NCBI RefSeq assembly: GCF_003324675.1
Contig: NZ_CP030918.1
Location: forward strand, 510,001 to 542,000
Source: Paracoccus suum
GTDB lineage: Bacteria; Pseudomonadota; Alphaproteobacteria; Rhodobacterales; Rhodobacteraceae
Length of the DNA stretch: 32,000 bases
Direction: 5' to 3'
This document shows positions 8,826 through 17,848 of this stretch, in pieces. The notes below the pieces were generated by a model. The model saw only the letters and a list, made by a program, of their open reading frames with translations, was not told the origin of the DNA and did not search any database. A program made the position numbers and the translations under genes. The number at the start of each line of letters is the position of its first letter. Position 1 is the first letter of the stretch.

Positions 8826-10647
8826 CGGCGGGGGCCTCCGGGGGCGATTTTGGGATGCGCGGCTTGGGCGCGGGTGTCGGGAAATCGCCGGTCAGCTGCG
8901 GTTGCAGCCCGGCGTTGCGCAGCGCCTGCAGGAAGTGCGGCATGCCGTCAACCGGGCGCATGGCGGGAATGTCGTCTGTGCCGACGGGACCCCTACCGAG
9001 TTCGGCCACAACGGTGTCCAGAATCGCGCCCGGGCGCGCGAGGAAGTCTGCCAAGTCCCAGCGTCTCACCCGCGCCTTGGTCCAGACGGATCGCAGCACC
9101 TCGATCTGATGCGACTCGCGCCGCTGCAGGTGGGCGGCGATGCGGCGCACATCGTCGAACGGCATCTCCGAGCCCATCAGCGGGATCATCCAGGCGCCCG
9201 TGATGATGTACATGCTGCAGTTGGGATCGGTCGCCATGAACCAATCGAGCGTCTGGTGATCGCGCGGCGATTGCATGAACACCTGCCGCCGCCGGCTCAT
9301 GCGGATCAACGAGGCGAGAAAGCCCTGCGGATCGTGATCGCGCAGTGCCGGCTGCCACGAGAGACCCCCGGGACCGATCTCAGTGCGGCCGGCAAACTCT
9401 GCCGCCTCGCGGCCGAACAGATGGCCATGGACATCGGCATCCACCCGCTCGGCCAACCAGTCCTCGAAATCCGGGAAGATGTCGTTGAAGCCTTGGAATA
9501 GAGCATAGGCCGCGGCCGTCTTGCCGTTTTCCTTATCCTTGCGCGGAAAGCGGCTTTGCATGTAGAGGCCCGGCCGCCCGAGGTCGCGTCGGGCGACGGC
9601 GCGGTTGATCAGCCGGTCGATATGCGCCGGCTGCGGCTCGGCAGTCGACGGAACCTCGCCCACAGGCCGCGGGAAATGCGACAGCAGCGCCCGGGCCCGC
9701 GGCCAGATCTTGCGCGCGACGAAGCAGCCCGAATCCTCCAGCATCTGCAGGTGGTCGTCGTAAAAGGTGTAGGGCTTGCCCTGGCTGTCGAACTTGGACA
9801 GCGTCAGTGAGCGGCTTTCGATGGTTGTCGAATGGCGGCGCACCAGCGTCTGGAAATAGCTTTCGTCCGGCACCCAGACATAGCGGAAATAGTGGTCGAT
9901 CTCGTCCCGGCGGGGATCGTTCAGGATCGCCTCAAGGGTGCGCCGCGTCAGGCACCACCATTGCGAGCCAAGATGCGGCACCAACCCGTCTGGAATGTGC
10001 CGGTGCAGCTTGTAGCGGCGCTGCAGGTCAACAAAGCGGTCAAACAGCCACCGCCGCTTGCGCCACGAGAACGGGAACCGCAGCGTAAAGCGTTCCTCGT
10101 TTAGACCGCCGACGGTCCAGCCAACGTCATGGGCCGTCACACTCTCGATATAGTCACGCCTCGGGTCGAGGGCGAGGTAGGCGCGCAGGTCCGCAATCGG
10201 GCGCAGCGGCAGGCACGAGCCTGAGGCCAGCAGCACATGGGTCACGTCCGGGTGCAGCGCCAGCAACTGCGCGGCGGCGTCCAGCGTCGCCTCGACCAGG
10301 CTGAACATTCCCCACTCGCAATCGCGCCGATGCTCGACATGGTGGATGTTCGGCAGGTCGACCAGATGGGCGCGAAACTCGGCCATGATCTGCGGGCCGA
10401 TCTTGCGGTCGGTGTGGATCGCGACGGCCGCGCCGCCCTGATGCCAGCGGCGGGCCATGCGCGCGGCGACGGGCATCTTTTCATGGCAGAGCATGACTAC
10501 GCCCAGCCGGACTTCAGGCGCGGGCACCGCGGTCGGCGGCTGGACCGGGCTAGGGATTGGCAGGGCCACGGCGCCGGACTGTCCCGGACGTCGACGCTCG
10601 GACCTCAATGCCGCAGGGGCGGCGTGCAAATCTGGCGCGGCGCTCAT
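8818..10647 (-). CDS. GT14-like (Core-2/I-branching 'Branch' domain) glycosyltransferase fused to a ~280-aa uncharacterised C-terminal domain
   Basis: 609 aa from ATG 10647, which forms an ATGA overlap with the upstream GT2 stop. The Branch-like core runs VVMLCHEKMPVAARMARRW...AIHTDRK...CEWGMFSLVEATL...HVLLASGSCLPLRP...GSQWWCLTRRTLEAIL...DESYFQTLV. I cannot place the C-terminal half. The track ORF's extra 26 N-terminal residues are probably not translated. Confidence 0.8.
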   Translation of the reverse strand: MSAAPDLHAAPAALRSERRRPGQSGAVALPIPSPVQPPTAVPAPEVRLGVVMLCHEKMPVAARMARRWHQGGAAVAIHTDRKIGPQIMAEFRAHLVDLPNIHHVEHRRDCEWGMFSLVEATLDAAAQLLALHPDVTHVLLASGSCLPLRPIADLRAYLALDPRRDYIESVTAHDVGWTVGGLNEERFTLRFPFSWRKRRWLFDRFVDLQRRYKLHRHIPDGLVPHLGSQWWCLTRRTLEAILNDPRRDEIDHYFRYVWVPDESYFQTLVRRHSTTIESRSLTLSKFDSQGKPYTFYDDHLQMLEDSGCFVARKIWPRARALLSHFPRPVGEVPSTAEPQPAHIDRLINRAVARRDLGRPGLYMQSRFPRKDKENGKTAAAYALFQGFNDIFPDFEDWLAERVDADVHGHLFGREAAEFAGRTEIGPGGLSWQPALRDHDPQGFLASLIRMSRRRQVFMQSPRDHQTLDWFMATDPNCSMYIITGAWMIPLMGSEMPFDDVRRIAAHLQRRESHQIEVLRSVWTKARVRRWDLADFLARPGAILDTVVAELGRGPVGTDDIPAMRPVDGMPHFLQALRNAGLQPQLTGDFPTPAPKPRIPKSPPEAPADA

Positions 10648-11672
10648 GCCCAGTTGCCCTTCGATATCAGCCCCAACTCCTCGAGTTGGCGCCAGTCGCC
10701 CAGTTCCCTGGAATGCGGCGTCCACAGATTGGGATCGTCCTGCAAGCCAGCATGATAGGCGCGGTACTCATGACTGTCGGAATAGTGTTGGCCGCGATCA
10801 AGTTCCTCTTTCGCCTTGTCGGCAAAGGTTGACAGGAACTTGGCGTGCAACAGGCAACCCGAGGCTTTTTCGCCGCCATCCTCGTCATAGACGAGGTTCA
10901 GCGAGCGCGGCAGCAGCATGTGGGTCGAACTGACATAGACATACTGGCGCGACCATTTCACCAGCGGGATCTTGTTCAGCGCCGGTCCCTTCCACGGCTC
11001 TTGCGCGAAAAAGGCGCGACCGCGCGGGCCGCCCTGAATCCACAGGTTGCCGTATTCGGCGTTTTTCTGGATGGTGTAATTCGCTGGATCGAACCAGCGC
11101 GCGATTTCAAAAGGATCATCGCCTTCGCGGTAAGTCTGCTCGCCGATGAAGCCGCGCGGGTACGCGTCGATCAGCATGGCCGAGAACGAGCGGATACCCG
11201 AGGCGTCGAGCCAGTCAGTCAGCGCCCGCAGCGGCCGGGTATCGCAATGCGGGTAGATCAGGAACTCATCCGGGTCGACCGTCAGGCACCAGTGACCGAT
11301 GCCGTGGCGGAGCAGCAGGCCATTGATCCAGTCCATGCCGAACCGGGCCGCCTTGTAGCTGGCCTTGGTGGTCCACAGTGACACATCCCGCTGCTGGGCG
11401 AGGTATTCGGCGCTGCCGTCGTTCGAGGCGTTGTCCACGCAGAGGAAATGCGCGACCCCCATGCGACGATAGTAATCGAGGAAATATGGCAGCCGCACCC
11501 GCTCGTTGCGAAGCGTGACGAATACGAGGATGCTGCCGCGCGCAATGTTGGCGGTGCGGTCGCGCACCGCGGACATGTGCCGGCGATTTCGTCGGATAGC
11601 ACGGGCGAGATAATACTGACGTCGTACGCGCAGGCGCAGGGCTGCACGCAACTGTCTGATCCAGCGGGGCAC
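10644..11672 (-). CDS. glycosyltransferase family 2-like protein (GT-A fold)
   Basis: 342 aa. Contains ILVFVTLRNERVRLPYFLDYYRRMGVAHFLCVDNASNDGS and CLTVDPDEFL (DxD-type), typical of the Glyco_tranf_2_4-like group. The GTG start at 11672 is preceded by a strong AAGGAG 9 nt upstream. Confidence 0.8.
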   Translation of the reverse strand: MPRWIRQLRAALRLRVRRQYYLARAIRRNRRHMSAVRDRTANIARGSILVFVTLRNERVRLPYFLDYYRRMGVAHFLCVDNASNDGSAEYLAQQRDVSLWTTKASYKAARFGMDWINGLLLRHGIGHWCLTVDPDEFLIYPHCDTRPLRALTDWLDASGIRSFSAMLIDAYPRGFIGEQTYREGDDPFEIARWFDPANYTIQKNAEYGNLWIQGGPRGRAFFAQEPWKGPALNKIPLVKWSRQYVYVSSTHMLLPRSLNLVYDEDGGEKASGCLLHAKFLSTFADKAKEELDRGQHYSDSHEYRAYHAGLQDDPNLWTPHSRELGDWRQLEELGLISKGNWA

Positions 11673-11685
11673 TCGACGAGGCTCC

Positions 11686-12984
11686 TTACGTCCCGGTAGT
11701 GGCGAGCAACGCCTCTACCGTCGAAAAATGATCGCTCCAACCACGGATCGCAAGCGGCTTGCGGCGCGCCAGCGGAGCGCGCGCAATATCGCCGATCGCC
11801 GCTGCCCAGGCGGCTGCGTCATCGGGCCCCAGCCATTGCGCGGCGCCGCCCAAGACCTCGCGCGCGGCCGGGCCGGGCGCAGCTAGGACGGGAACGCCCC
11901 GACCGGCCGCCTCGGTCAGGGGCAGGCCAAACCCTTCGGCGCGCGAGGGCATCAGCAGGGCATGCGCCCGCTCCATCAAGGCTGCGATCTCGCCATCGGT
12001 CAGGTCGGCCCGCTCTATTACCGGGCCGCCGGGTGGCAGCGCGTCGAGGCGGGCGAAGACATCCGCGTTCAGCCAGCCGCGACGCCCGGCGATGACGAGC
12101 CGAGGCACCTGACCCGCTGGCATGCGTTGCGCCAGCCGGGCCCAGGCCTCCAGCAGGACGGCATGGTTCTTGCGCGGCTCGATGGTGCCGAGGGCGAGGA
12201 ACAGGGGTCGGTCCAGCGGGATGTCCGCTGGCACTTCAGTCGGCGCGGCCAGCGTGGTGCCGATGGGCGCGGCGACAACCTGCGGTCGGCGCAGGCCCAG
12301 CGCATCGGCCCATCGCAGCACGTCGGCGCGTGTCGCCTGCGAGACTGTCAGCACCAGGTCAGCCCCGCCCAGCGCGGCGATCAGGCGGCGCTCGAACGCC
12401 TCCACCTGGTCGGGCCGGGTGAATTGGGGGTGATCCAGCGGGATCGTGTCGTGGATCATGACCACGCGCCGCAGACCGCCCAAGGCCGCCCAAGGCCCGG
12501 GGGCAAGGTTGGCATGGCCCAGCGCGAGCCAGGTGCCTCCCTGCGGCATGGCGCGAGCCAGCGTCCGGCGAAGGCCCAGGCCGCGACCCGTGCCCGTGGC
12601 GACCGCGCGGGCGGCCAGCGCCTCCTCGGCACGGGCGCGCGCCGAGCGAGCGCGACGCAGGCGGGCAATGAGGCTGGTGGGGGGCGGAACCGACTGCGGC
12701 TCGGCCAGCCAGCGCAGCAGTTCGGCGCCGGCGGGGGGATCCAGCAGCAATTGCCGCCGGGCAATGCGGGCAATCAGAGAATGCGGGCGGCCCTGCAAAT
12801 GTTCTAGCCACGCTGCCTCGACCCGGTCGATCCCGGTCAGCGGGCCCAGACCCACGCGCGAGATCAGCCGCGAGACGTCCAGCAGAATCGCCGGCGGCTG
12901 CGGGGCGGGTTCCTGCGACGACACCTTGGTGGAATTCGGCGGCTCAGCCGCCATAACCGCCCGACTGATGCCAGCGCCAGGCAT
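11686..12984 (-). CDS. glycosyltransferase family 4 (GT-B, RfaG-like)
   Basis: Carries the C-terminal GT4 signature EPRKNH...LVIAGRRGW...ALLMPSRAEGFGLPLTEAAGRGVPVL (E-x7-E). Start candidates are TTG 12990, ATG 12984 and ATG 12954, all overlapping the galE 3' end. I cannot discriminate between them. Confidence 0.82.
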   Translation of the reverse strand: MPGAGISRAVMAAEPPNSTKVSSQEPAPQPPAILLDVSRLISRVGLGPLTGIDRVEAAWLEHLQGRPHSLIARIARRQLLLDPPAGAELLRWLAEPQSVPPPTSLIARLRRARSARARAEEALAARAVATGTGRGLGLRRTLARAMPQGGTWLALGHANLAPGPWAALGGLRRVVMIHDTIPLDHPQFTRPDQVEAFERRLIAALGGADLVLTVSQATRADVLRWADALGLRRPQVVAAPIGTTLAAPTEVPADIPLDRPLFLALGTIEPRKNHAVLLEAWARLAQRMPAGQVPRLVIAGRRGWLNADVFARLDALPPGGPVIERADLTDGEIAALMERAHALLMPSRAEGFGLPLTEAAGRGVPVLAAPGPAAREVLGGAAQWLGPDDAAAWAAAIGDIARAPLARRKPLAIRGWSDHFSTVEALLATTGT

Positions 12985-13939
12985 CGCCAATCATCTGCGG
13001 CAGGGTCGAGCGTTCCGCTTGCCAACCCAGCACCTCGCCGGCCCGCCGGCTACCGGACACCAACTGCACCGCATCGCCCTCGCGGCGCGGGCCGTCGTTG
13101 ACCGGCACCTCGCGGTTGGTGGTGCGCCGGGCATGCTCGATCACTTCACGGACCGAAAATCCACTGCCGGTCCCCAGGCAGAACACCTCGATTCCCGGCG
13201 CGGGTCGGGTCTTGCGCAGCCAGTTGAGGCCAAGGACATGCGCATCAACCAGATCCATCACATGGACATAATCGCGGATGCACGTGCCGTCAGCGGTCGG
13301 GTAGTCGGTGCCAAAGACCGTCAGTGCCGGCCTTTTGCCATCGATCGCGTCGAGGATCAGCGGAATCAGATGGGTCTCGGGCTGGTGAAACTCACCCACC
13401 TCGGCCTCTGGATCAGCGCCGGCGACGTTAAAATAACGGAACACCACGCTGCGCAGGCCGTGGGCCGCGCCGAAATCGCGCAGCATGTCCTCGATCGCGC
13501 GCTTGCTGGCGCCATAGCTGTTCAGCGGCGTCTGTGGCGTGTTCTCGTCGAGCACCACGCCATCATGATCGCCATAGGTAGCGCAGGTCGAACTGAAGAC
13601 AAAGTCGAGGCAGCCGGCCGCGACCGCCGCCTCGATCAGCGTCAGCGAGGCGCAGACATTGCCGCGCCAGTATTTCCCCGGCTCGCGCATCGCCTCACCA
13701 ACCTGGCTGAGGGCGGCGAAATGCATCACTGCCACCGGCTTGTGCTCGGCAAAGACCGCATCAAGGCGGGCGCGATCATGCAGATCGCCCTCCTCGAAAG
13801 GGCCGAACTTTACCGCCTCGCGCCAGCCGGTCCAGAGGTTGTCATAGGTGAGCGGAATATAGCCCGCAGCGGCCAGGGCCTTGCAGGCATGCGAGCCGAT
13901 GTAGCCGGCACCGCCGGTGACCAGAACCTTGTCTGCCAT
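12944..13939 (-). CDS. galE: UDP-glucose 4-epimerase
   Basis: 331 aa. Has the Rossmann motif VLVTGGAGYIGSH, the catalytic SYGASK (YxxxK) and FRYFNVAGA, and a GalE-typical length. Confidence 0.93.
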   Translation of the reverse strand: MADKVLVTGGAGYIGSHACKALAAAGYIPLTYDNLWTGWREAVKFGPFEEGDLHDRARLDAVFAEHKPVAVMHFAALSQVGEAMREPGKYWRGNVCASLTLIEAAVAAGCLDFVFSSTCATYGDHDGVVLDENTPQTPLNSYGASKRAIEDMLRDFGAAHGLRSVVFRYFNVAGADPEAEVGEFHQPETHLIPLILDAIDGKRPALTVFGTDYPTADGTCIRDYVHVMDLVDAHVLGLNWLRKTRPAPGIEVFCLGTGSGFSVREVIEHARRTTNREVPVNDGPRREGDAVQLVSGSRRAGEVLGWQAERSTLPQMIGDAWRWHQSGGYGG

Positions 13940-13942
13940 GGA

Positions 13943-14836
13943 TTATTCGGCCGCCTTGCTGATGGCTAGGTAGTCTGAGAGAAAGTCCATGAACTCGGCG
14001 CGCAACTCGTCCCGCGCGAGGCCAAACGCAACAGTCGCCTGCAAAAAGCCCGCCTTGCTGCCGCAATCATAACGTTGGCCGCGAAAGCGAAGGCCATAGA
14101 CGCCGCGGCCGGCCTCGATCTCGTCGGCGATGGCATCGGTCAATTGGATCTCGCCGCCCGAGCCTTGGCGCAGCTTGTTGAGGTTGGTCATGACGCTTGG
14201 CGCCAGAATATAGCGGCCAATGACAGCCAGGTTCGATGGCGCGGTACCCGCCGGAGGCTTCTCGACCATGCCCTTGGCGCGGACGATGGCGCCCATGTCC
14301 TCCTCAAGCTCCAGCACCCCGTAGGACGAGGTCTTTTCCGGAGCGACTTCCATGGTTGCGACCATGCTGCCACCTGTCTCGGCATGGGCCTCGATCATCT
14401 GCTGCAGGCAGGGCGGCTCACCCTGGATGACGTCGTCGGTCAGGAGGACGGCAAAAGGCTCGTCGGCAATCAGGCGGCGGGCGCACCAGACGGCATGGCC
14501 GAGGCCGAGTGCCTTGTGCTGGCGCAGATAGGCGATTGCGCCCGACTCCATGTTCGTCTGACGCAATATTTCCAGCAGTTGCGTCTTGCCGGATTTTTTC
14601 AGCGTCGCTTCAAGTTCGTGCGCATGGTCGAAATAATCTTCAAGCGCGCCCTTGCCGCGCGAGGTAACGAAAATGAATTCCTTGATGCCAGCCGCACGTG
14701 CCTCGTCGATCGCGTATTGGATCAAGGGTCGATCGACCAGAGTCATGATTTCTTTGGGAATACTTTTGGTAGCTGGGAGAAAGCGAGTTCCGAGCCCTGC
14801 TACCGGAAAAATAGCCTTCGTAACCTTGTGACGCAT
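13943..14836 (-). CDS. galU: UTP--glucose-1-phosphate uridylyltransferase
   Basis: 297 aa from ATG 14836, with GGAG about 10 nt upstream. Contains the signature AIFPVAGLGTRFLPATKSIPKEI, LGLGHAVWCA and VEKP. Its stop lies 3 nt from the galE start. Confidence 0.93.
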   Translation of the reverse strand: MRHKVTKAIFPVAGLGTRFLPATKSIPKEIMTLVDRPLIQYAIDEARAAGIKEFIFVTSRGKGALEDYFDHAHELEATLKKSGKTQLLEILRQTNMESGAIAYLRQHKALGLGHAVWCARRLIADEPFAVLLTDDVIQGEPPCLQQMIEAHAETGGSMVATMEVAPEKTSSYGVLELEEDMGAIVRAKGMVEKPPAGTAPSNLAVIGRYILAPSVMTNLNKLRQGSGGEIQLTDAIADEIEAGRGVYGLRFRGQRYDCGSKAGFLQATVAFGLARDELRAEFMDFLSDYLAISKAAE

Positions 14837-14898
14837 TAAGGCGGCTCCTCGAATATCAATGCAGGCACCCGGCACACGTGCCGTTTGGGGCCTGATCC

Positions 14899-16191
14899 TC
14901 ACGGCAGATATGCCTGCAATTCATCCGTTGGGCAAGCAACGGTCATATGATGGTTCTGGTTGCGTCTCATGACAATAAGGCCCGCCTCCCGGCGGATTCG
15001 GGCCGAATACGCCAGCCACAGGGCCACCGGATCATCCGGCAACGAGGGGCCCTGCGTGCCGCCCGACTGCTCCCACCAACCGCCCGGAGTCAGACAAATA
15101 CGGTGTGGCAGGATACCCGGCATCAGCAGCAGCACGGTGACCGCGGGTTTGTCAGCGCCAGCCTCGGCAAGCACTCGCGCGGCCTTTCGTCGCAACGCGC
15201 GGCGACGACGCCAAGGTCCTGACAGTACCATCGCCGGCAGAGTCCCGCTGGCTGCGCGGCGGCTCATCGGCTGCAACTCGCTGGCCTCCGGTGTCGAGAG
15301 TGCCTCGGGGGGCGGCCGGCGGAGGGCGAATCCATCCGCCATACCAATCCGCAAGCTGGCGAGGCGTGGCCCGACCCCCAGCGGATCAAGGCGCCCGGCC
15401 AGCATGTGCCGCACCAGCCGGCGGCGCTGGCGCGGCTCGATCAGGGCCGAATCGCCACCGTGGCGCAGGGTGAAGATCGCCTCGGACCGACCGATGCACG
15501 TCAGATCGCGCGGCACCCGGGCGGCATCTCGCCGGTCGCTGGGGGCGGTGCCGTGAATCACCTCGGCCGCCGGCACAAGAGCGGTCGCCGCCCGCGGAAA
15601 GCGGGCCGCGAGACGCATGACCAGATCGCTTTCGTCGAGGTGGTAGGGAAAGGCCGAATCGAACCCACCGACCTCGCGCAGGGGACCCGCGCGAAACGCA
15701 CAATTTGTGCCAAGCAATCCCAGAGTGATGCCGTCAGCGGGACTAAACAGATGCACCGCGCCCCGCACCTGCGGGGGCGGGGTGGGCAGCGCCTGCGGAC
15801 CGTTTGGCGTGATCGCCTCGGCCCGGACCTGCCAGCTGCGGCCATGCGGGCCGCGGGTATAACCCCCCGCGGCAATTACCTTCGGGTCGGCAAAGGCGGC
15901 GGCGAGGCGTGCGGCCCAGGTCGGCTCGGCCACCGCGTCATCGTCGATGAAGGCCAGCACCTCCCCCGACGCCGCCGCGATCCCCCGGTTGCGCGCAACC
16001 GAGATATTGGCGACATCACAGGCGACCCGCTTGAGACGCAGGTCCGGGCGCACCGCCAGCGATGCGGGATCGGCGACGAGCACGACCTCCAGCAGCGGGT
16101 GGTCCTGCATTGTCATCGCAAGAAGGCACAGCGCGAGCGAATCGGGCCGGTGGCGCGAGACGATGATAACGCTGGTCGGCGGCAGGCCCAC
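14899..16191 (-). CDS. glycosyltransferase family 2 protein with ~170-aa uncharacterised Arg-rich C-terminal extension
   Basis: 430 aa with a GTG start at 16191 (GAGG about 9 nt upstream). The GT-A core includes SVIIVSRHRPDSL, the DxD motif AFIDDDAV and GTNCAFR. The C-terminal third has no motif I recognise. Confidence 0.78.
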   Translation of the reverse strand: MGLPPTSVIIVSRHRPDSLALCLLAMTMQDHPLLEVVLVADPASLAVRPDLRLKRVACDVANISVARNRGIAAASGEVLAFIDDDAVAEPTWAARLAAAFADPKVIAAGGYTRGPHGRSWQVRAEAITPNGPQALPTPPPQVRGAVHLFSPADGITLGLLGTNCAFRAGPLREVGGFDSAFPYHLDESDLVMRLAARFPRAATALVPAAEVIHGTAPSDRRDAARVPRDLTCIGRSEAIFTLRHGGDSALIEPRQRRRLVRHMLAGRLDPLGVGPRLASLRIGMADGFALRRPPPEALSTPEASELQPMSRRAASGTLPAMVLSGPWRRRRALRRKAARVLAEAGADKPAVTVLLLMPGILPHRICLTPGGWWEQSGGTQGPSLPDDPVALWLAYSARIRREAGLIVMRRNQNHHMTVACPTDELQAYLP

Positions 16192-16200
16192 GACGCTGCC

Positions 16201-17001
16201 TCAGTCGAGGCCCATTGCCGCCATCATCGCCTCCAGCCGGGGAACGTCCTCGGGGTTGTTCAATTCCCAGAACTGGCGGCCGCGGGACTCGACCTCGACG
16301 CAGAGCACGCGCCGACCGTGTTCGAGGAACCGCAACTGCTCGAGCCCCTCGAGCAGTTCGAGGCGACCTTCCGGCCAGCCGGCATAGGCTTCCAGGGCGG
16401 CTGGACGATAGGCGTAGGCGCCCACATGGTGAAACACCGGCGAGGGCGCGTCAGGCGCCGGGTTGCCGGGCACGAAGGGAATGACTTCCTTGCTGAAATA
16501 GAGCGCCTCGCGGCCGGCACCAAAAACTGCCGTGGTGCCGCCGACCCGGCCTGCAGCACGGTCGGCCAACAGATCGGCGCGCATCGCGCCGGTGCAGTTC
16601 AGCACCGGGGTCGCGACATCGACCGCGGGCGCCGCGGCGAGCGCGGAAATCAACTCCTCGACGAACCACGGCGGGGTCAGCGGCGCATCGCCCTGCAGGT
16701 TGACGACAATCTCGGGCGTGACGCGCAGCGCGGCAACCGCCTCGGCGCAACGCTCGGTGCCATTGCGGCAAGTGGTCGAGGTCATCACCACCTCTGCGCC
16801 AAAGCCTTCGGCGTGATCGCGGATGCGCTCGTCATCGGTGGCAACCACCACCCGGTCAACGCCATTGACCGCCATCGCCGCGTCCCAACTGCGCCGGATC
16901 AGGGTCTGCGCCGCGCCACTGGCGCCGCGCAGATGGACCAGCGGCTTGCCTGGGTAGCGAGTCGAGGCATGGCGCGCGGGAATGACGATCAGCTTGCGCA
17001 T
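16201..17001 (-). CDS. kdsB: 3-deoxy-manno-octulosonate cytidylyltransferase (CMP-Kdo synthetase)
   Basis: 266 aa from ATG 17001. Contains VIPARHASTRYPGKPL, NLQGDAPL and HVGAYAYR, which are typical of KdsB. Confidence 0.9.
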   Translation of the reverse strand: MRKLIVIPARHASTRYPGKPLVHLRGASGAAQTLIRRSWDAAMAVNGVDRVVVATDDERIRDHAEGFGAEVVMTSTTCRNGTERCAEAVAALRVTPEIVVNLQGDAPLTPPWFVEELISALAAAPAVDVATPVLNCTGAMRADLLADRAAGRVGGTTAVFGAGREALYFSKEVIPFVPGNPAPDAPSPVFHHVGAYAYRPAALEAYAGWPEGRLELLEGLEQLRFLEHGRRVLCVEVESRGRQFWELNNPEDVPRLEAMMAAMGLD

Positions 17002-17005
17002 CGCC

Positions 17006-17806
17006 TCAGCCCGCCGGTTGCAGCAGCACGCCGGGCGCATAGGCGATGAAGAACGGGTTCTCGAATCCCGGCTTGCCGTAGGCCAGCGGGGTGTGATCGT
17101 CAAAACGCACGACATTGCCGCCCGCCCCGCGCAGCACGGCATCGCCCGCCGCGGTGTCCCATTCCATGGTCCGTCCGAGGCGCGGGTAAAGGTCCGCCTC
17201 GCCGGTCGCGACCAGGCAGAACTTGAGGCTGGAGCCGGCCGAGGTCATGTCACGCACCCCGTAGCCCCCAATGTAATCGTCGGTCGCCTGATCCCGATGC
17301 GACTTCGAGGCAACCACCATCAGCGCACGGTTGTCGGGCGTCGGATTGACGCCAATCGGGCGGGTCGCACCCGCCGCCGCCCCAAAGGGCCCGGTCTCCT
17401 CGACAGAGCGGCCGCCGGCAGTGGTGTAGAAGAGCCGCCCTTTGGCCGGTGCATAGACTACGCCGCGCACGGGCACGCCGTTCTCGACATATGCGATGTT
17501 GACGGTGAAATCGCCGCGGCGCTGGACAAACTCCTTGGTGCCGTCGAGAGGATCGACGATCAGGAAGGTCGCGCCCGTCAGCGCATGGGTCGCGGCCTGC
17601 TCCTCGGTCACCAACGCGACATCCGGAAACGCCGCGCGCAGCCCGGCTGAGATCAGGGCGTCGGCCGCCTCGTCCGCGGCGGTGACGGGCGAGGCGTCGG
17701 ATTTGGCGCGGACATCAAAGTCCGGCCCCTCGTAGATTTCCATGATCCGCGCCCCGGCTTCGAGCGCGAGGCGCCGCATCTCGGTAGTCAGTCGTTCAAA
17801 ATCCAT
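17006..17806 (-). CDS. cysQ: 3'(2'),5'-bisphosphate nucleotidase
   Basis: 266 aa from ATG 17806, with GAGG about 10 nt upstream. Carries the inositol-monophosphatase-family motifs VTAADEAA, LIVDPLDGTKEF and EWDTAAG. Length and C-terminus fit the CysQ subgroup. The upstream 357 aa of the track ORF are a shadow extension antisense to the permease gene. Confidence 0.88.
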   Translation of the reverse strand: MDFERLTTEMRRLALEAGARIMEIYEGPDFDVRAKSDASPVTAADEAADALISAGLRAAFPDVALVTEEQAATHALTGATFLIVDPLDGTKEFVQRRGDFTVNIAYVENGVPVRGVVYAPAKGRLFYTTAGGRSVEETGPFGAAAGATRPIGVNPTPDNRALMVVASKSHRDQATDDYIGGYGVRDMTSAGSSLKFCLVATGEADLYPRLGRTMEWDTAAGDAVLRGAGGNVVRFDDHTPLAYGKPGFENPFFIAYAPGVLLQPAG

Positions 17807-17848
17807 TGAAATAACCTCGGGCGGACAGGGGAACGGCAGCGGCACGGA

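Noticed and set aside
9510-9540. A P-loop-like ENGKT(A) motif in the C-terminal domain of the GT14-like protein, as evidence for a nucleotide- or PAPS-binding fold.
   Set aside because: It lacks the upstream Gly of a Walker A motif (GxxxxGK[ST]) and has no recognisable Walker B or sulfotransferase 3'-phosphate motif following it. It is too weak to call.
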